This document shows positions 13,281 to 27,054 of a DNA stretch of 64,000 nt, one piece after another (within the stretch, counting starts at the first letter, position 1; each line of letters opens with the position of its first letter). Source of the DNA: Kudoa neothunni (Eukaryota; Animalia; Cnidaria); the NCBI GenBank assembly GCA_964304625.1, contig OZ199839.1:10961186-11025185 (forward strand). The letters are read 5' to 3'. Under the pieces are notes generated by a model. That model was given only the letters and a program-made list of their open reading frames with translations, was not told the origin of the DNA and made no database searches. A program made the translations under genes and the position numbers.

Positions 13281-15364
13281 CTATTGAGAAAATGATGCGG
13301 TCTTGGGTTTGACACCACAAACATTGGTGATGGTGACAAACTTGGCATTGTAAGTGTTGTGTAAAACAATGGGGGATTCGAGCCGATAGTTGATATTTTC
13401 TAAATCATCAATATAGAATCAACAAAACAAATCCCAAATCAATGCTCACCTCTTTCTATGGATGGGGAAGAAATGTTGGTGTGATTTCCATCTTGGATCA
13501 ACGTGTTTGATTTGTATTTAAGTACGCCGAGAATCTCATGAAGAACTTCGTTACGTTGATTGAGCAACTCAGTTTCATTCAAACGTTTTTGACGACACAT
13601 TCTTGCAGCATACTTGTTTCTAACTTTTCTTCGGAATTCCTTCAATTTGTTGTAGGTCTCTTCGTGGTAGTATTGTGAGAGATCGTGAAAATCATTGGAT
13701 GGATGGTTAGCAACGATTTTTTCCATATCAGTTGATAGATCACTAAAGTCATTCTTGACAACGTCAGCAAAAACGTTCTTGTAGTTATAATCTATTAAAT
13801 TTCAAATGTATACATCTAACGGTAGCATTAGTTACTTTGGGGCATGGTAGAGTCTAGGCATGCTTGCGCCAGAGGAGTCATATTATCATCGTTTTCGTCA
13901 GTCGCCTTCGCCGGAACCTGTTCAATCTTTGTCAATAGAATTTCGAGCGAATCTTCCAAATTATCGACATTGTTTTTTAGCAGGGAATAAATTTTGGGGT
14001 TTTTTCTAATTTGATTCACGATATTTGCACCTAATGGATGAAGCAGTCGATCATTGGTATCAGAATAACAGTCAACACTTACATTTAGCTTCTTCGGTAG
14101 TAACGTCAAAACTTTTAGATTGAATAGGAATTTGTTCGGCTTCCCTGAGTTTAATTTTTGAGACTGATAGTTCGTTTTTAAGCTGAGCAGGTTTAACCAT
14201 CAGTGGCATAGGTTTAACGTTGGCTAGGAAAGGTGAGAATACTGATGGATTGGGGTGTTGGTTGGCTAAAACCAACTTGGGAAGTTTAAAGGTGGGTATA
14301 TAAGAATTTTGTTGACTAGTATCAACAGTAGATCGTTTAAAACCAGATGGTTCAGTTGCAATGATTGGTGAACAGGAATTGAGCTTTAGATTCGACCGAT
14401 CTGTTCCAATATTGTTAATGTTTAACTTTTCAACATGAGGTGGTTGAAGCGATTGAGTTTTATTATGGGCGGCATTAGATGTAGCTTGGCAATGACCATC
14501 AATCAGCTCAACGCGTCGAGAATTGGGATCGATTTGCCCAGGACAAGAATTGCTATGGGGAGGGTTGAAATGTGGTTGAGTTTGATTGAAATTGCTCAAC
14601 GATGCCGATTTTGCGGTAAATCGAGAACGTTTTTTCTTGGCTTTCATTGGATCATAGATATTGTAAAGTTCCCCGTCACAAAAATCCCTCAAATAATCTT
14701 TTTTCACGTAGCTGAGGTCATACTCCAACTCTTGCTTAGCTTGCTCGCTAGCGGACAATGTGTCGATGTTTCCATCACTATGTTTATGTTTATGTTTATA
14801 AGAACTGGTGTTGGAATATAGATCCGATCCGGAGAATATATCGAATGTAGCTCTCATTCCAGTCAGCGTGCTCAACGAGACTGTTTCGTCGACTTCCCCG
14901 GGTTGAACTAAATACCAAGATAAAAAACTAAATCCAACCGGCACTAATGGAATCATACGTTTGTTGAGTTTGGCCCGACGATATTTGCGGGCAGCTTCTA
15001 GCTTTCTATTGTCTATTTCAGACCTTCGGAGCCGGTTTCTGCCACTGCGGCTGTTGCAAGAGGAATTTTGTTCGCTCTTGGAGGAATATGCATGTCGCAT
15101 TTGGCTTTGTGAGCTGTATTCGCGACTGCTGTTGATGGTGGGCGAACTACAAAGAGCAACTGAAGACGTATTTTCGGTGGGTTTTTCAAGTTCCGCAATG
15201 TATCTTTTTTGGTCCTCAATAATGAAATCGGTTGGTCTTCGATTGTAAACCTCGTTTATCACTTCCTCCTGGGTGAGCAAACACATAAACATAGCCATTT
15301 GCATATATCTGGTATTGCCGAATAAGATTTCTTGGTTACTTGTCCGCCTGTTTTCTTGATCCAT
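13281..15364 (-). CDS. CNC-family bZIP transcription factor (Nrf1/NFE2L1/SKN-1A-like), about 4 exons
   Basis: The C-terminal EKIVANHPSNDFHDL...KLKEFRRKVRNKYAARMCRQKRL resembles the CNC plus basic region (IINLP..DF.E...IRRRGKNK.AAQNCRKRKL). The ORF-track pieces are joined by short GT-AG introns, e.g. GTAAGT...CATTAG at about 14082-14031. Confidence 0.75.
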
Positions 15365-18300
15365 GTTTAAAAGCGTGGGAATTCCTTTGGGATGGTCTAG
15401 ATAAGGCGTATTCGAATTAATAGTGTAAGGGATGGATGCCGAAATTTAAGGATGTGGTAACAAACACAACAACAAATAACCGATTAGATTTAAAATTAGG
15501 ATTTCAACCACTCAAGTAACAATCAAATATTAAAACTGTTCGATATTTTCACCTGTAAACAACAAATAATATACCTGCTAAATGTGATACTATAGAGTGT
15601 TGATTTAAATAGTGTTTTATGAGAGCCCAATTCAACTAATTCTCACCTTAAGCCTAATCAAGTATACCGAAGTATTACCACTATAGGGAGTGTGAATATT
15701 ACAGTGTATAACGTGTGTGAATGTTTGGCGTCTTCAACAACAACAAACACCAATACCACAAGTGACTCGATGAAACAACTATTTGATTATAGTTGTTAGC
15801 GTCGGTTGTGAAAAATTGGCAGCTTCCAACCCTCTCTGCAAATATATAATCCGCCACCTGTCGAAGGACACTTGAAACAATCCCGACCCTTTCACAATAG
15901 GCGACGCCTTCGATTATTCGTCCGAGCTTATTATTATTATTATTATTGGAATATCATTTAATAGCATCATTATCAGTGGCAAATACTATACAGTGACACA
16001 TATGTGATAGTGGCAATAAATCATTGTTTTCAGTTGCGATCATTTTTCGATAAAATATTATCATACTTGGATTAGCTTGGGAAGAATCGCTAAAATGTCT
16101 TGCATACAAACGTTATTTAATTCGAGGTTGACTTAGGATAATGAAAACAAAATGACCGGCGAGGTGTTGGTTGCCTCAGCTGGCATCAATGATTAACAAA
16201 TATTAATCTTAGAAATGATTTTAAAGCCTTTCGATTACATTAAGTTATGTCAGGTTGAATTGAATTAGATTACGCTAAATTAAAGATTTCGTCGACCACG
16301 CTATATAAAAGTAATTCCATTTTAATTGTTCCATCACATCTCATGATCATAATACTACTGCTAATAATAATCGTCGCTATCATAATTCTATAACATTGCA
16401 ACCACTAATTAGCGATAAAATATTAATGCGTAAAATATGAACTAATCATTTTTGATAGTCTTTTTAAAGCTCACTATTAATTGATCTATTTGGATGATAT
16501 GAGCTGCGGCATTTTCTTTGAATTCGCGCGCTCTTTTATAAAATTATAAAAGGTCCCGAGGGAGTTAAATAAGAATAGCGATAGTGGGGCGGTACCAAAA
16601 TTCAAATCACTTTCAAAATTATTATCACAAACAACCTAATACAACATTTAATATATAATTTGATCCATCTTTATGTCGTGCTCGTCTTGTGGAATAGGCT
16701 CGTCCAAAAGTTGGCAACTATAACACACGCCTAAGCCGAAAAAATAATCAGCATTCAACCTAACTATATTTGGCGTAATAAACTACAATTACCAACCATC
16801 AGCTTTATTCGGTCGGTGGCCGTCTTCCAAATATTTTCTAAGAAATCTGTCGTAATAGGCCTAAAACAGATAACGCAATTTCAATATGAACCTTTTATTT
16901 GTTTAATAGAAATGATTCTTTTGTTGTATATCGATATTTTAACATCCGACCAATTTTTACACGCGTGACGTGAGAATTTTAATCAGAATAAACCAAAAAT
17001 TTTTTAAAGCAATATAGTTGGTTATGCTATTGATCAAACATGTGTGGGCGTCGTTAACTAAAGTAAACGTTCCTTAATGGCACGCTTGCGTAATATGAAT
17101 TATACAAAGTGGCGGTATCATATTTTAATCCACCGATTAATTGTAGTGTTAAGATTTTTTTATAATTTAAGCATCTGTCGTAACGCATTCAGGTAATGAT
17201 GAAATCTATAAGTTTATATTGAAATCTACGTATTGCCATTCACGATAACTCCTGAAGTAATCGTCGCGTGACCTATATAGGATTATAAATTTGGTACCAA
17301 ATGCATCCACATCGTACATTCTAGTTATACAACGCAAAATTATTTATCAGTTTTTTATATTTCAAATAAACCCTATTCTTTTATTTGAATTACTTTATGA
17401 GATATAGGCAATTATTACTGATGTGGTACAGTTAGATAACCAATAATATGTAATTTCATTATTACATTTTATTCATCGGTTATATTCGTTGACACACATT
17501 ATAAGATTTTTATGATTTTAAAGGGAGAAATTTTCGGAAATTGTTTGAATTGAACTCGAGGCGTTGTCGATGTATGTGTGACACGTGACCAATTCTAATA
17601 CGTAATGTATGTAATTTTTTGGCTAAATTGTGTATATTGAATTTTTTATTGAAAATTAAATTTAAATTCAAAAGAAGTAATTTTTGGAAAAGTTCGAAAT
17701 AATGGGAAAATTAATTCATTACGAATCCAGGTGTGCGATATTGGTCATCATTAGAGATTTTACAATATATGTTGTATTTATATTAATTTTTTGTGTCAGG
17801 CACGAAAAACTCTATCTGACCGCAAGCTTGGAATCCATCGGAACATAGCGAGAAAAGTGTTCGAATGAATGCATTAACCTTAATATATTATTTTCGTATA
17901 AGACAGTTATTGCATATGTTTTAATGTTGCCTGAAAATACTATTTAAATATAAATGGATATAGATTGAAAGTTTTTTATTCATTTTATTATATTTTGTAA
18001 GAAAATATATAACATTTATATCCGTATGTTGAAATCGATTCTTCCTGTAATATACATATTTTGGAACGTGCATAATAATTTGTATAAAAATCCATATTTA
18101 TTGCTTCTCCTATTAATTTGTAGGTGTAGCAGTTTTATCGTTAAAGACTTACCTATCTTGAGTAGAGTTTACTGAATGATTAGAATAATCGTTATAATGT
18201 AAGAATATTTTTTAATAGTTTATATTTATTACTGCTGAATGGCTTACCAATAAATAAAAAACTAAAATAATCGTCTGCCAAATTTTTTGTCATATCGGCT

Positions 18301-21300
18301 AAATTTTCCTTATTGTACCGAAAAATAATGCAATCAAATAAATACCTTCATATCGCGCCAATCAAATTCTGCGCAATCCCCCAATCAGGTGAAATTTTGC
18401 AAGATCTTTTTCGAATAATTAGTTGTTAAGGGCACTATTCGGTGTAATATTTCTTCATGGATAAAAATGCTGCATATCTGTGACTTTGTGTAAATGTTTT
18501 ATTGGATTTTTATTTAATTTTGCCCGTGACTCTTTCATTATTTTCTTTTTTTTGAACAATCCCATAATGTATTGAAATCATTCAAACTTTATAGTACGCC
18601 ACTTTTAAACTGTACTCGGATTTTAAATACATGAAGCTTCGTGTGTATTTTTAAGTAATATTCTATTATAATTCAGGACTACGAGTCGCACATTTATCAT
18701 CGAATTAAGTATCATAATCAAAGTCAGAGTTACATAAATCATCACTATGGAAACTAAACAAATTTGTAGGACTCATAAAATTGTAATATATTATAGAATG
18801 CTTAAAAATATGAGAATAAAGATGATCTTGAAGCAGTATATATTGTAGAATACGAGCGATAATTCAAAGGAAATCACGCTTTCCACAAAAGGTTAAATAT
18901 AGTCTCTCCATTTTTTTTTAATATTAAAAAGTTACAAAACACGAGTTTTCTTCGTAATATTGTGAGAAACAGAATATGCATATGAGATGTACTTTGAAGA
19001 TAAAAAGAGGCTGAAAATCGAATTTATATAAAAATAAGATAAAAGATCACAAACTTATTTAATTTAGTTTTTTCTTTAAAATATTGAACAAAAAATATTT
19101 ATATGTTTGAAATATTTGATCACGATCGAGAATTAAAAATAATTTAATATAAAAATCTCAAAATGAAAATATTTAAACCGCTGGCTTAAAATTTCTATCA
19201 AAATGCCGTATGTCAATTCTAGGGCTTGAGTTCTAACAAAAATAATATTATCTAAAAACAAGAACCTTCAAATTTAAAGAGATATAATAATCGAAACATT
19301 TTTTCCACATAAATAGTCTCTTTGTGAAAAAAATTTAATTTTTTAACAATATAATGTATTTTCTAGTTAAATTTAAATACGCATATATTAAATCAATTGA
19401 TACAAAAATATGAGGTTAGTTAAGAGGAAACATAACAAAACATTATCATATTTGGATCAAGTTAACGAACTATATTCGTGATTTTAGACAACATCCATTT
19501 AAAAAAGGGGGATAAACGTTTAATAAGTTTAAAATACAATGTTTAAATTAACAGCCGCTTTTTCTAATGTGAAACAAATTACCTTTCCCCTTCCAAGCCT
19601 CGCTCCGTTCTATTATCAAAACCTCCATAATTAATTTATGTACATTTTAATTGAGGTTACCTTATTAAAACCTAGCCCTGGAACAAATATCACGTCAAAT
19701 TTGGATGGTCCTAAGTAAGTGTAATCAATACAAATATAATAAACTGCATCAACTACCCATTATTAATGGTAATGACAATTGCGATGCCATCATCGATAGG
19801 CATTCACTGGGTTCAGCAATATTGAATTGATTGATATAGTTAAGTTCTTGGTGGTCTCGTATTTGAACCATGACCATTGTATTTTTGCTGATGATTTTGG
19901 GTACAAAAATATTTTTTCTACAATTGAAATGATTCTTGTGTGATTTAAAAATATCAAGAATTATGCTACTTAGGATCTATCAGCATCTTCTAAAAAGTAT
20001 CACAACACATAAATCCATCATTCAATTACAAAATTTTATATTATACCTTGATCAACAAATGCGTATCGACCTCGTCATGTCTGCTTACAAATATGCCTAT
20101 GTTTGTGCCTTCACGGTATATTGGATGAGAGAGGACCTAGTAGAGAGAATGTTAGTTTGATTAAAAATAAAAAGATTAAACTTTATTTAAAATTTTGTGA
20201 TTTTGTTGGGACCTCTCCATGGGGGTCATTGAATATTTGATTCTTCTTAAACAAATCTTGCGTAATTGATCTTTCAATTTAACTGTCCCATTCATTTAGT
20301 TTCCTTAGGTTAGCTGCAAATATTATTCTTTATTCTTAACGTTTTCTCTCAATTTAATCGGCACACACAGCTTGGTAGTCCCTATTATTATATAAAGTGA
20401 CATTTGGCGCTAAAACTAATACTCAGATAAATAATATAGGCTGGATTCGACAATTCTTGACTTTTCTCGAATCTAAAACTCATAAAATAGGCAGTAGGTT
20501 ATATTCGAAAGTCAGAAATCATTAATGGGATCAGAATGAAAAAACTGAGCGAATAAATATTGTGAAAGGGCACGTTTACCCGACTAATGGATTAAAATTG
20601 ATCCTGCCTATGTTGTTCATAACAGAATTGCTAGACTTTGTGCATATCGTTCAGTACTAGTCTAACGTTGATGGCTTCATTCTTTTGAAATAAAATAAAA
20701 TTTGTGAACTTTTTTAATTACTCCAGCCAGAATTTTTTTATTAATTGCTAATCCACGGTAGTGGCTGTTGCCACGCTAACTTATGATCCCAAGTTGTGTT
20801 CGTCTATTGACACGAAAACGAATTTCTCTAAATTCTAAAAATTTTTAGACCTATAATTTTCTCTATTAATCAAACACATTTTTTCTATTGAATTTTAAAT
20901 TTTCAAGTTGAAATGTTGTTTTTTTAATCTCACGATAAAAACCATTCTTTTTTGCAACTTATAACCATAAAAAGTGGTTTGAAAGCTTAAAATTTTATTT
21001 TTTTACTTTCAAAAATTGATTTTCAGAGTAGTATTTGATATTATATTATCACAATTTAATATTTTCGGTGTATTTTCGAACCTCAATTCGACGAATCTCT
21101 AATTGACGTAACTAAGCCACATTTATTCAATGGACATATGCTATATTATTATACAAAAAATAATACAGTTGCTTATAAACTTTATGATGCCTAAATTTTT
21201 AGTTTTATGATGTTTCGTCCGATCTATTTGGATACTTAGAAACAGCTACCACTGAGATGGGTATTACAAAATTTTCTGAATATAAAACTCACAAAATTTG

Positions 21301-22544
21301 TGATCAGGGTTTAAAAATAAGATTGGATGCGATAATTATTATTAATAATTATAAATAATTCCCCCAAGACTGACTTAAGGATCATATACCACTAAATGAA
21401 AAATCCTGTACTTTTATAAGCTTTTTTGAAAAATTATTTTTTTAATACAGCCACATATCTCTTACATGACAAAAGTTAATAGGATTTTTAGTGGGAGTAT
21501 CTATTGGTCTGAAAGAAATTTAATCCCTTTGTATGGTTTAGATCGTAGTTGGTCATTTTTCATCCACACGGATATATTGAGGGACAAAAAATAGTCAAAA
21601 ACGATTTATATAATAGATATCAACCGTGTCTGAGAGTCATAGATGGAATTGAAGTGTATTAAAATTAAAAGGGGGAGAGTGCGTTCTATTTTAAATTTAA
21701 TTTGAGGGGACAATAATAATAATAGCAGCAACCTTCTAAAAATTATAATAATTCATGGTTACTGATGTTTAGGATAATGAAAATATGGCTTGTTTAAAAT
21801 TTAAAAGTTACTCGCGATTGCGCTTTTTTCGCCACTATAACCATTTAATTTGAAGCATCAGGAGTCATATGTGACAAGAAGGGTGCGGATAATTGCCCAT
21901 CACTAATCTCGCTCAATAATATTAGATGACTTTGATTCTGACGTCTACCATAATATTAAGTCTGAAGATGATGACTTTTTCGATTCTAATATCTCTATAT
22001 GTATTGAATTCTCTATTTTTAAAGTGAAAAAAGAAATATTAAAAAATTTTAGTATAATCATTCATTTTATTAGTGATTTTCAACCCTTCAACCTTATTTT
22101 CGGCAGTATCAATTTATGGAAATTTAATTCGCAAAAATTCTTAATCATGAGAAATAAACTATAATAAAATATATTTTAGCATGACATAAAAAATTGGTTA
22201 ATATACACAAACAGCGGATTAGCTATATGCAGAAAAAATTAGTCCGCTGTGAGACCTTTCAATATTTAACAAACATTGGTGTGAATAAATAAGAATTATA
22301 CTTATATTAGACAATAAAATTTTCGGTTTCATCTAGGAGGGATTAAGCAGAATTAGTTACACTAGAGAACCGATTTTTGCGCTACTGTAGATCTTAATGT
22401 AAATATATGCAAAAGCCTAACTTTTTAGAGAAGTCTAATAAGATTAATATATTTGTTAATCATTAATTAAAATTTTGTTATTCACTGTCTAATTAGATTT
22501 ATTAATAAAAACAAATTAAAATTAATGAATTCTGATAATTATCC

Positions 22545-23649
22545 TTCATCTGTTATCTATCTTGATATATAAAGTTGACGTGTTCATTTGAATGTTTGCG
22601 CAAATACATTCCTTATGTCGCTGGTTTTAACGTATTCGGCTTGATAAACATTTTGAAGTTTCTATTAATGGTTTTAGAAACGAAAAAAAGTCTATATTTG
22701 ATTTTTTAATAACGAAATGGCAGTGCACGTTATACTCAGATAGATTGAAGCTTTGGAATACCAACACCTTGTCCGTACATTTCTTTGAAATCGTCCTTAA
22801 ATTAAACATTCAGTGATTAAATTCCAGTAGATGGTTGTAATTTTAATTTTTCTAATTATTTTAATTGTTTATATTGATAATGACGTGATATAAAGCTATT
22901 TTGGGGAAAGATCGCACTAAAATTCATGTCGGGAAAGGGATATTAATTTGAACAATAAAAATTAATTCTCGTAAATGTTCTCCTATCTATATATCTTGTT
23001 CTATTTTTTAACTCTGTTTAGCAGTAGTTAACGGACTTTCTTAGCTAAAACCACATTTTGACTTTGAAAAGTCCCCCAGCCAGAAAATAACGTTTTCGAT
23101 AACACTTGAAGAGAACTAAAATAATTCTGGCACATAAAAAATATGACATTGACCTTAAATTATTTACTATTAGATTTGGCTAATAAATTATTAACTTAAT
23201 GCTGCGATTGGTGCACCCTACCCAAAAATAATCACGATTTAAATTTCAAGATCCAAATCGTTAAAAATATGATGCTTCCAAATAATATTGTTAGCCGCAT
23301 CTAGGGGTTAAGTTGAGACATCAATATATTTGTTGAATGTTATTAAGAAATTTTTGGGGTGCTTAATATGCCCAAGCAAAGTAAGGGTAAAGATCAGTTC
23401 TGTTTTTAGCCAAATCGAAACTGATTTTAAAAATCGATTTTTTAATTAGTATAAATTAGCTTCTATTGCCAATTAATACGTTATTTAAAAAAACGACTAA
23501 ATTAAGTTTTAAATCTTTCATATTTTTGCACGCAAAAGAATTAGCATTGATAATTGAAAAAATTATTTACAAAACCGAAAACCTTTTTAGAAATAACCGA
23601 AACCGAATTGTCTTAACCCCTTAAGGCAAAGCTAGACAGTTCGCGCTAA
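22545..23649 (+). repeat. Helitron-like interspersed repeat, copy A (5'-truncated)
   Basis: Shares blocks with copies B and C (GCAAATACA.TCCTTA, CTTGATAA.CAT, CCGTA.ATT..TTGAAATCGTCC). 3' end reads GCAAAGCTAGACAGTTCGCGCTAA. Confidence 0.65.
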
Positions 23650-23958
23650 ATCTCTATAGGTTATTTAATTATCTTCAATGTAGATTATAATAATGTTATT
23701 AACTTAATTATATCATTATAAAAAATGTTTATCAACGAAATTTTATTAATAAAGCGCATATAGTTAAAATTTGTTTGATTGTATATTTTGGTCGATTTTT
23801 TGTATACCGACAATTAAAGTCATATAAATAGGATTATAGTATTATTCAATTTTATATAATTCCTTTATGTATCAATTGGTAAATATTATTCTAAATTACA
23901 ATATATTTATTCGTGAAAATACGGACCTGATTTATTTGAAGTAATAATTTTCTTGGTG

Positions 23959-25587
23959 ATGATTAATATTTGGATAGTTTTTTCTTTTATAACAACTATT
24001 TCACTCGGTTATCTCAATATTTATTATGATTATAATTATTCTATAATAGAACGAGCTTTGGATTCTTATAAACTGGATGTCGGTGCTCCTCCTTCCTGGA
24101 TGATTAAACAGCAGCAAAATGCGGCAGTAGTTGATAGGTGGTATGTTGACGTTAATACCGCCAAATGCAAACAATTTAAATATTTGGGGTCCCTTGGAAA
24201 TTTTAACAACTTTGTTTCAAAGGCTGTTTGTGAAAACCATCGTAATTAATAATTTTTTTACATAGTTTAATTCATTTATTAGTTAAATTCACACCTGAAG
24301 AGAAATCCAACGCATGTGAATTAAGTGTATCAGCGGGTTCGTGTAATTTACCAGAGGAAAATAAATTGGTTAGATGGTATTACTCAAAATCTGCTGTCAA
24401 AGGCAGTGATGCTACAAACTCTTGCCACGAATTCAAATACAGTGGATGTGGTGGGAACGCCAATAATTTTGAAACTGAAACTGAATGTAAAAATGCTTGT
24501 CAAAGTAAGCATATAAAACTTACGGAATTTGTGCAAATTCTCTAGATAAAATAAACAGTAAGGTCGACGGGACTCCTGATGAAGACAAACTGACCAAAGT
24601 TCCTAATGAGTTTGATTGCCTTTTCGCAGCAGAAGTGGATAATGCAACGCCAAAAATGGGAATTATCCTCCATAAAGATAAAAAGAAGTGTGTTTATGCT
24701 GCTGTGGGTGAGGATGCCAAAAGAGGTTATTTTGAGGATCTACCAACCTGCGCAGATATATGCATATGTATTTTTGTGCTAGGATCTCCGATATAATTGC
24801 ATATAGCTGATTACGTCGCTGCTTGCAACGCAACCAGCCCTTACCAAATGATACCTAAAAATAATGGATTCGATAAAACCGAATTAAAAGAATATTATTA
24901 TTTTAATAAAATAAGAAAAGCCTGTCTCCCCTTTTTGACTCTACCTCCTGATCAGACTGTCAAAGTCGACGATGGCGAAAATAATATATTCAGCTCGGTG
25001 GAACTATGCGCAAGTTTTTGTCCTGCAAGTATTTCTTTATCAAGAAAAGATAAATACTTGATAACGATATAAAAATTAATAAATTAGCTGCCCACGTTGG
25101 TGAACTAAAAGGTGTTGATGTGTGTAATCAACCGAGGGTTGGAATTGCTGGTGATAAAGATTTATACCAGATAGATCGATTTTACTATGAATCTTCTGGA
25201 GAAAATCCAAAGACTTGTCAGCAGTTTAAATTTAACGGAAAAGACATGAACCTGAATAACTTTAAAGACCAACAAACATGTGAGGCCATCTGTAAAACTC
25301 CTCTGGAAACCGGAGTTGTTGACGACAATAAAGTTCCTCAAGTTATTGGTGGAGGAAAAGTTGTGACAAACCTACAAAATATAGTTCCCAAAGGTGGAAA
25401 TGATCAGGTTTTAAACGATACAAAGAGTACTTTAGGGCAGGGAAACACAGAAAATAGGGGAAGTGACATAAGATCAACCAATGGTGGTTCCGATATACTG
25501 GGAGGTCAAAAAGAACAAGGCGGTATATCTCCTAGGGAAACACCAATTAAATGTTCTTGGTGGAATATATTCTGTCGGTATAAATGA
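23959..25587 (+). CDS. Secreted multi-Kunitz/BPTI-domain protein (5 domains, 4 atypical), 6 exons
   Basis: Signal peptide MINIWIVFSFITTISL. Kunitz motifs RWYVD..CKQFKYLGSLGNFNNF, RWYY..CHEFKYSGCGGNANNFETETECKNAC and RFYYE..CQQFKFNGKDMNLNNF..CEAIC, with one domain per exon. Confidence 0.85.
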
Positions 25588-25874
25588 TATTACTGATAAA
25601 TTGAAACTTAGAAAGTTAACATAGGCCATTTTCAAATAAAAAAACAAATTCTGAAGATACCATATAAAAATGAATTAGATTATAGACAAATAATTTTATA
25701 TTTCCTTATTTTTATTAATTTAGTTGTTCTAACTTTATACGTGTATTTTTTGTCCAAACGCTTAGTAAGTAATAATATTTTATCTTTAAAAAAAGATTTA
25801 TTATAATTTAATTAGATTAACATTTTCTCGACCATATGAGGTTAAAGTAAACTATGAAGTATTATTCGTTTTTA

Positions 25875-27054
25875 TCTAGCTACTATATATACGTATATAT
25901 ATAAAGGAGGAGAGTTCGTACGTGCGTCAGCGACTATGCCTAGCCTATGCGATAAAATTTTTCCCTATAGAGAAACATTTATTAAACTTTGAAAATTCCT
26001 AATATTGGAAAAACTTGTAATTGTTTTTCATCGCAAATTCTCTAAAACGAATTTAGAAACTAATGATTTTGTCAATTTATGTTTGTTAGGCGGATTACAC
26101 GGTCTCAACCATGCGGTTAACGTCAACTTTGATACAGTCATAGTCGGTTGAAATTAACGTTCCCCCACATATTCTCTATCAAACGTTAATTAAACCATAT
26201 CTTCCATATTTATATATAAAGCTGGCGTGTTTATGTGGATAAAAACGCAAATACACTCCTTAAGTCGGGAGTTTCGATGTATTTAACTTGATAAGCATAT
26301 TTTGATAGTTCTCTGAAGAGCTTTATATATTGCAAAGTGTTTACATTTGCTTTATTATTATAGAAAGTTGATGGTATTTGCTATAATCAGATAGATTAAA
26401 GCATCACAATGTAAGCGCTGTTCCCGTAGATTACATTGAAATCGTCCATTATGTCGAATCACTGATGATTAAATATAGTGTAAGTGGTTGTACTTTTACT
26501 TTATCTGATTATTCAAATTATTTAGGTTGATAATTAAGGATTGTTTAACCGTTTGTGGGATATAGTGCACCAATATTTCTGTCGGCAAAGGAATATTAAT
26601 TTTAAAAATAAAACTAATTTTTGTAAGTTTTCTTTTGTCATATATTTTCCACTATTTTTTCATTCCATTTAAACAATGATGCAAGAACTTTTTGAGTCGG
26701 TCAAAATTCGACTTTTAAAGACTTCATGTTCCAAAAAGTAACGTTTTAAATAACACGTTTGTGGGGATTTAAATAACTTGACAGTAGAAAAAATGTGTTA
26801 TTGATCTTGAATTATTTATTGTTGGGTTTGGCCTACAAAATTGTTAATATATGGCCAAGATTGGTACATCTCCCACAGAAGTGATTATGATTTTAAATTG
26901 GTTAACCACAATCATTTAAAGTATGATGCCTCAACAAAATTTTAGTTTGACTACTTCTGTGGATTGATTTGAAACATTGATATATTTTTGGGGCGTTATT
27001 AATAAACTTCTTAGCACTTAATACTTTAAAACAAAGCTTGACAGCTTGCGCTAT
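25875..27054 (+). repeat. Helitron-like interspersed repeat, copy B (~1.2 kb)
   Basis: 5' end A|TCTAGCTACTATATAT...ATAAAG and 3' end ACAAAGCTTGACAGCTTGCGCTAT|T. Colinear with copy C over its whole length. Confidence 0.65.

Noticed and set aside
14072-14109. Apparent frameshift between the 430-aa and 93-aa ORFs of the bZIP gene
   Set aside because: A ~52-nt GTAAGT...TAG intron restores the frame.
14435-15248. Plus-strand ORFs of 128 and 95 aa
   Set aside because: Antisense shadows of the bZIP coding exon, with no recognisable motifs.
19560-20340. Possible LINE remnant and the 74-aa ORF at 19936
   Set aside because: Only vague similarity; no diagnostic motif could be read.
26150-26200. TAA codons at aligned positions in different copies of the Helitron-like ORF, hinting at TAA=Gln recoding
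   Set aside because: Host genes in the window use TAA as a normal stop. The copies are decayed under AT-biased mutation, so shared ancestral or recurrent CAA>TAA changes suffice.
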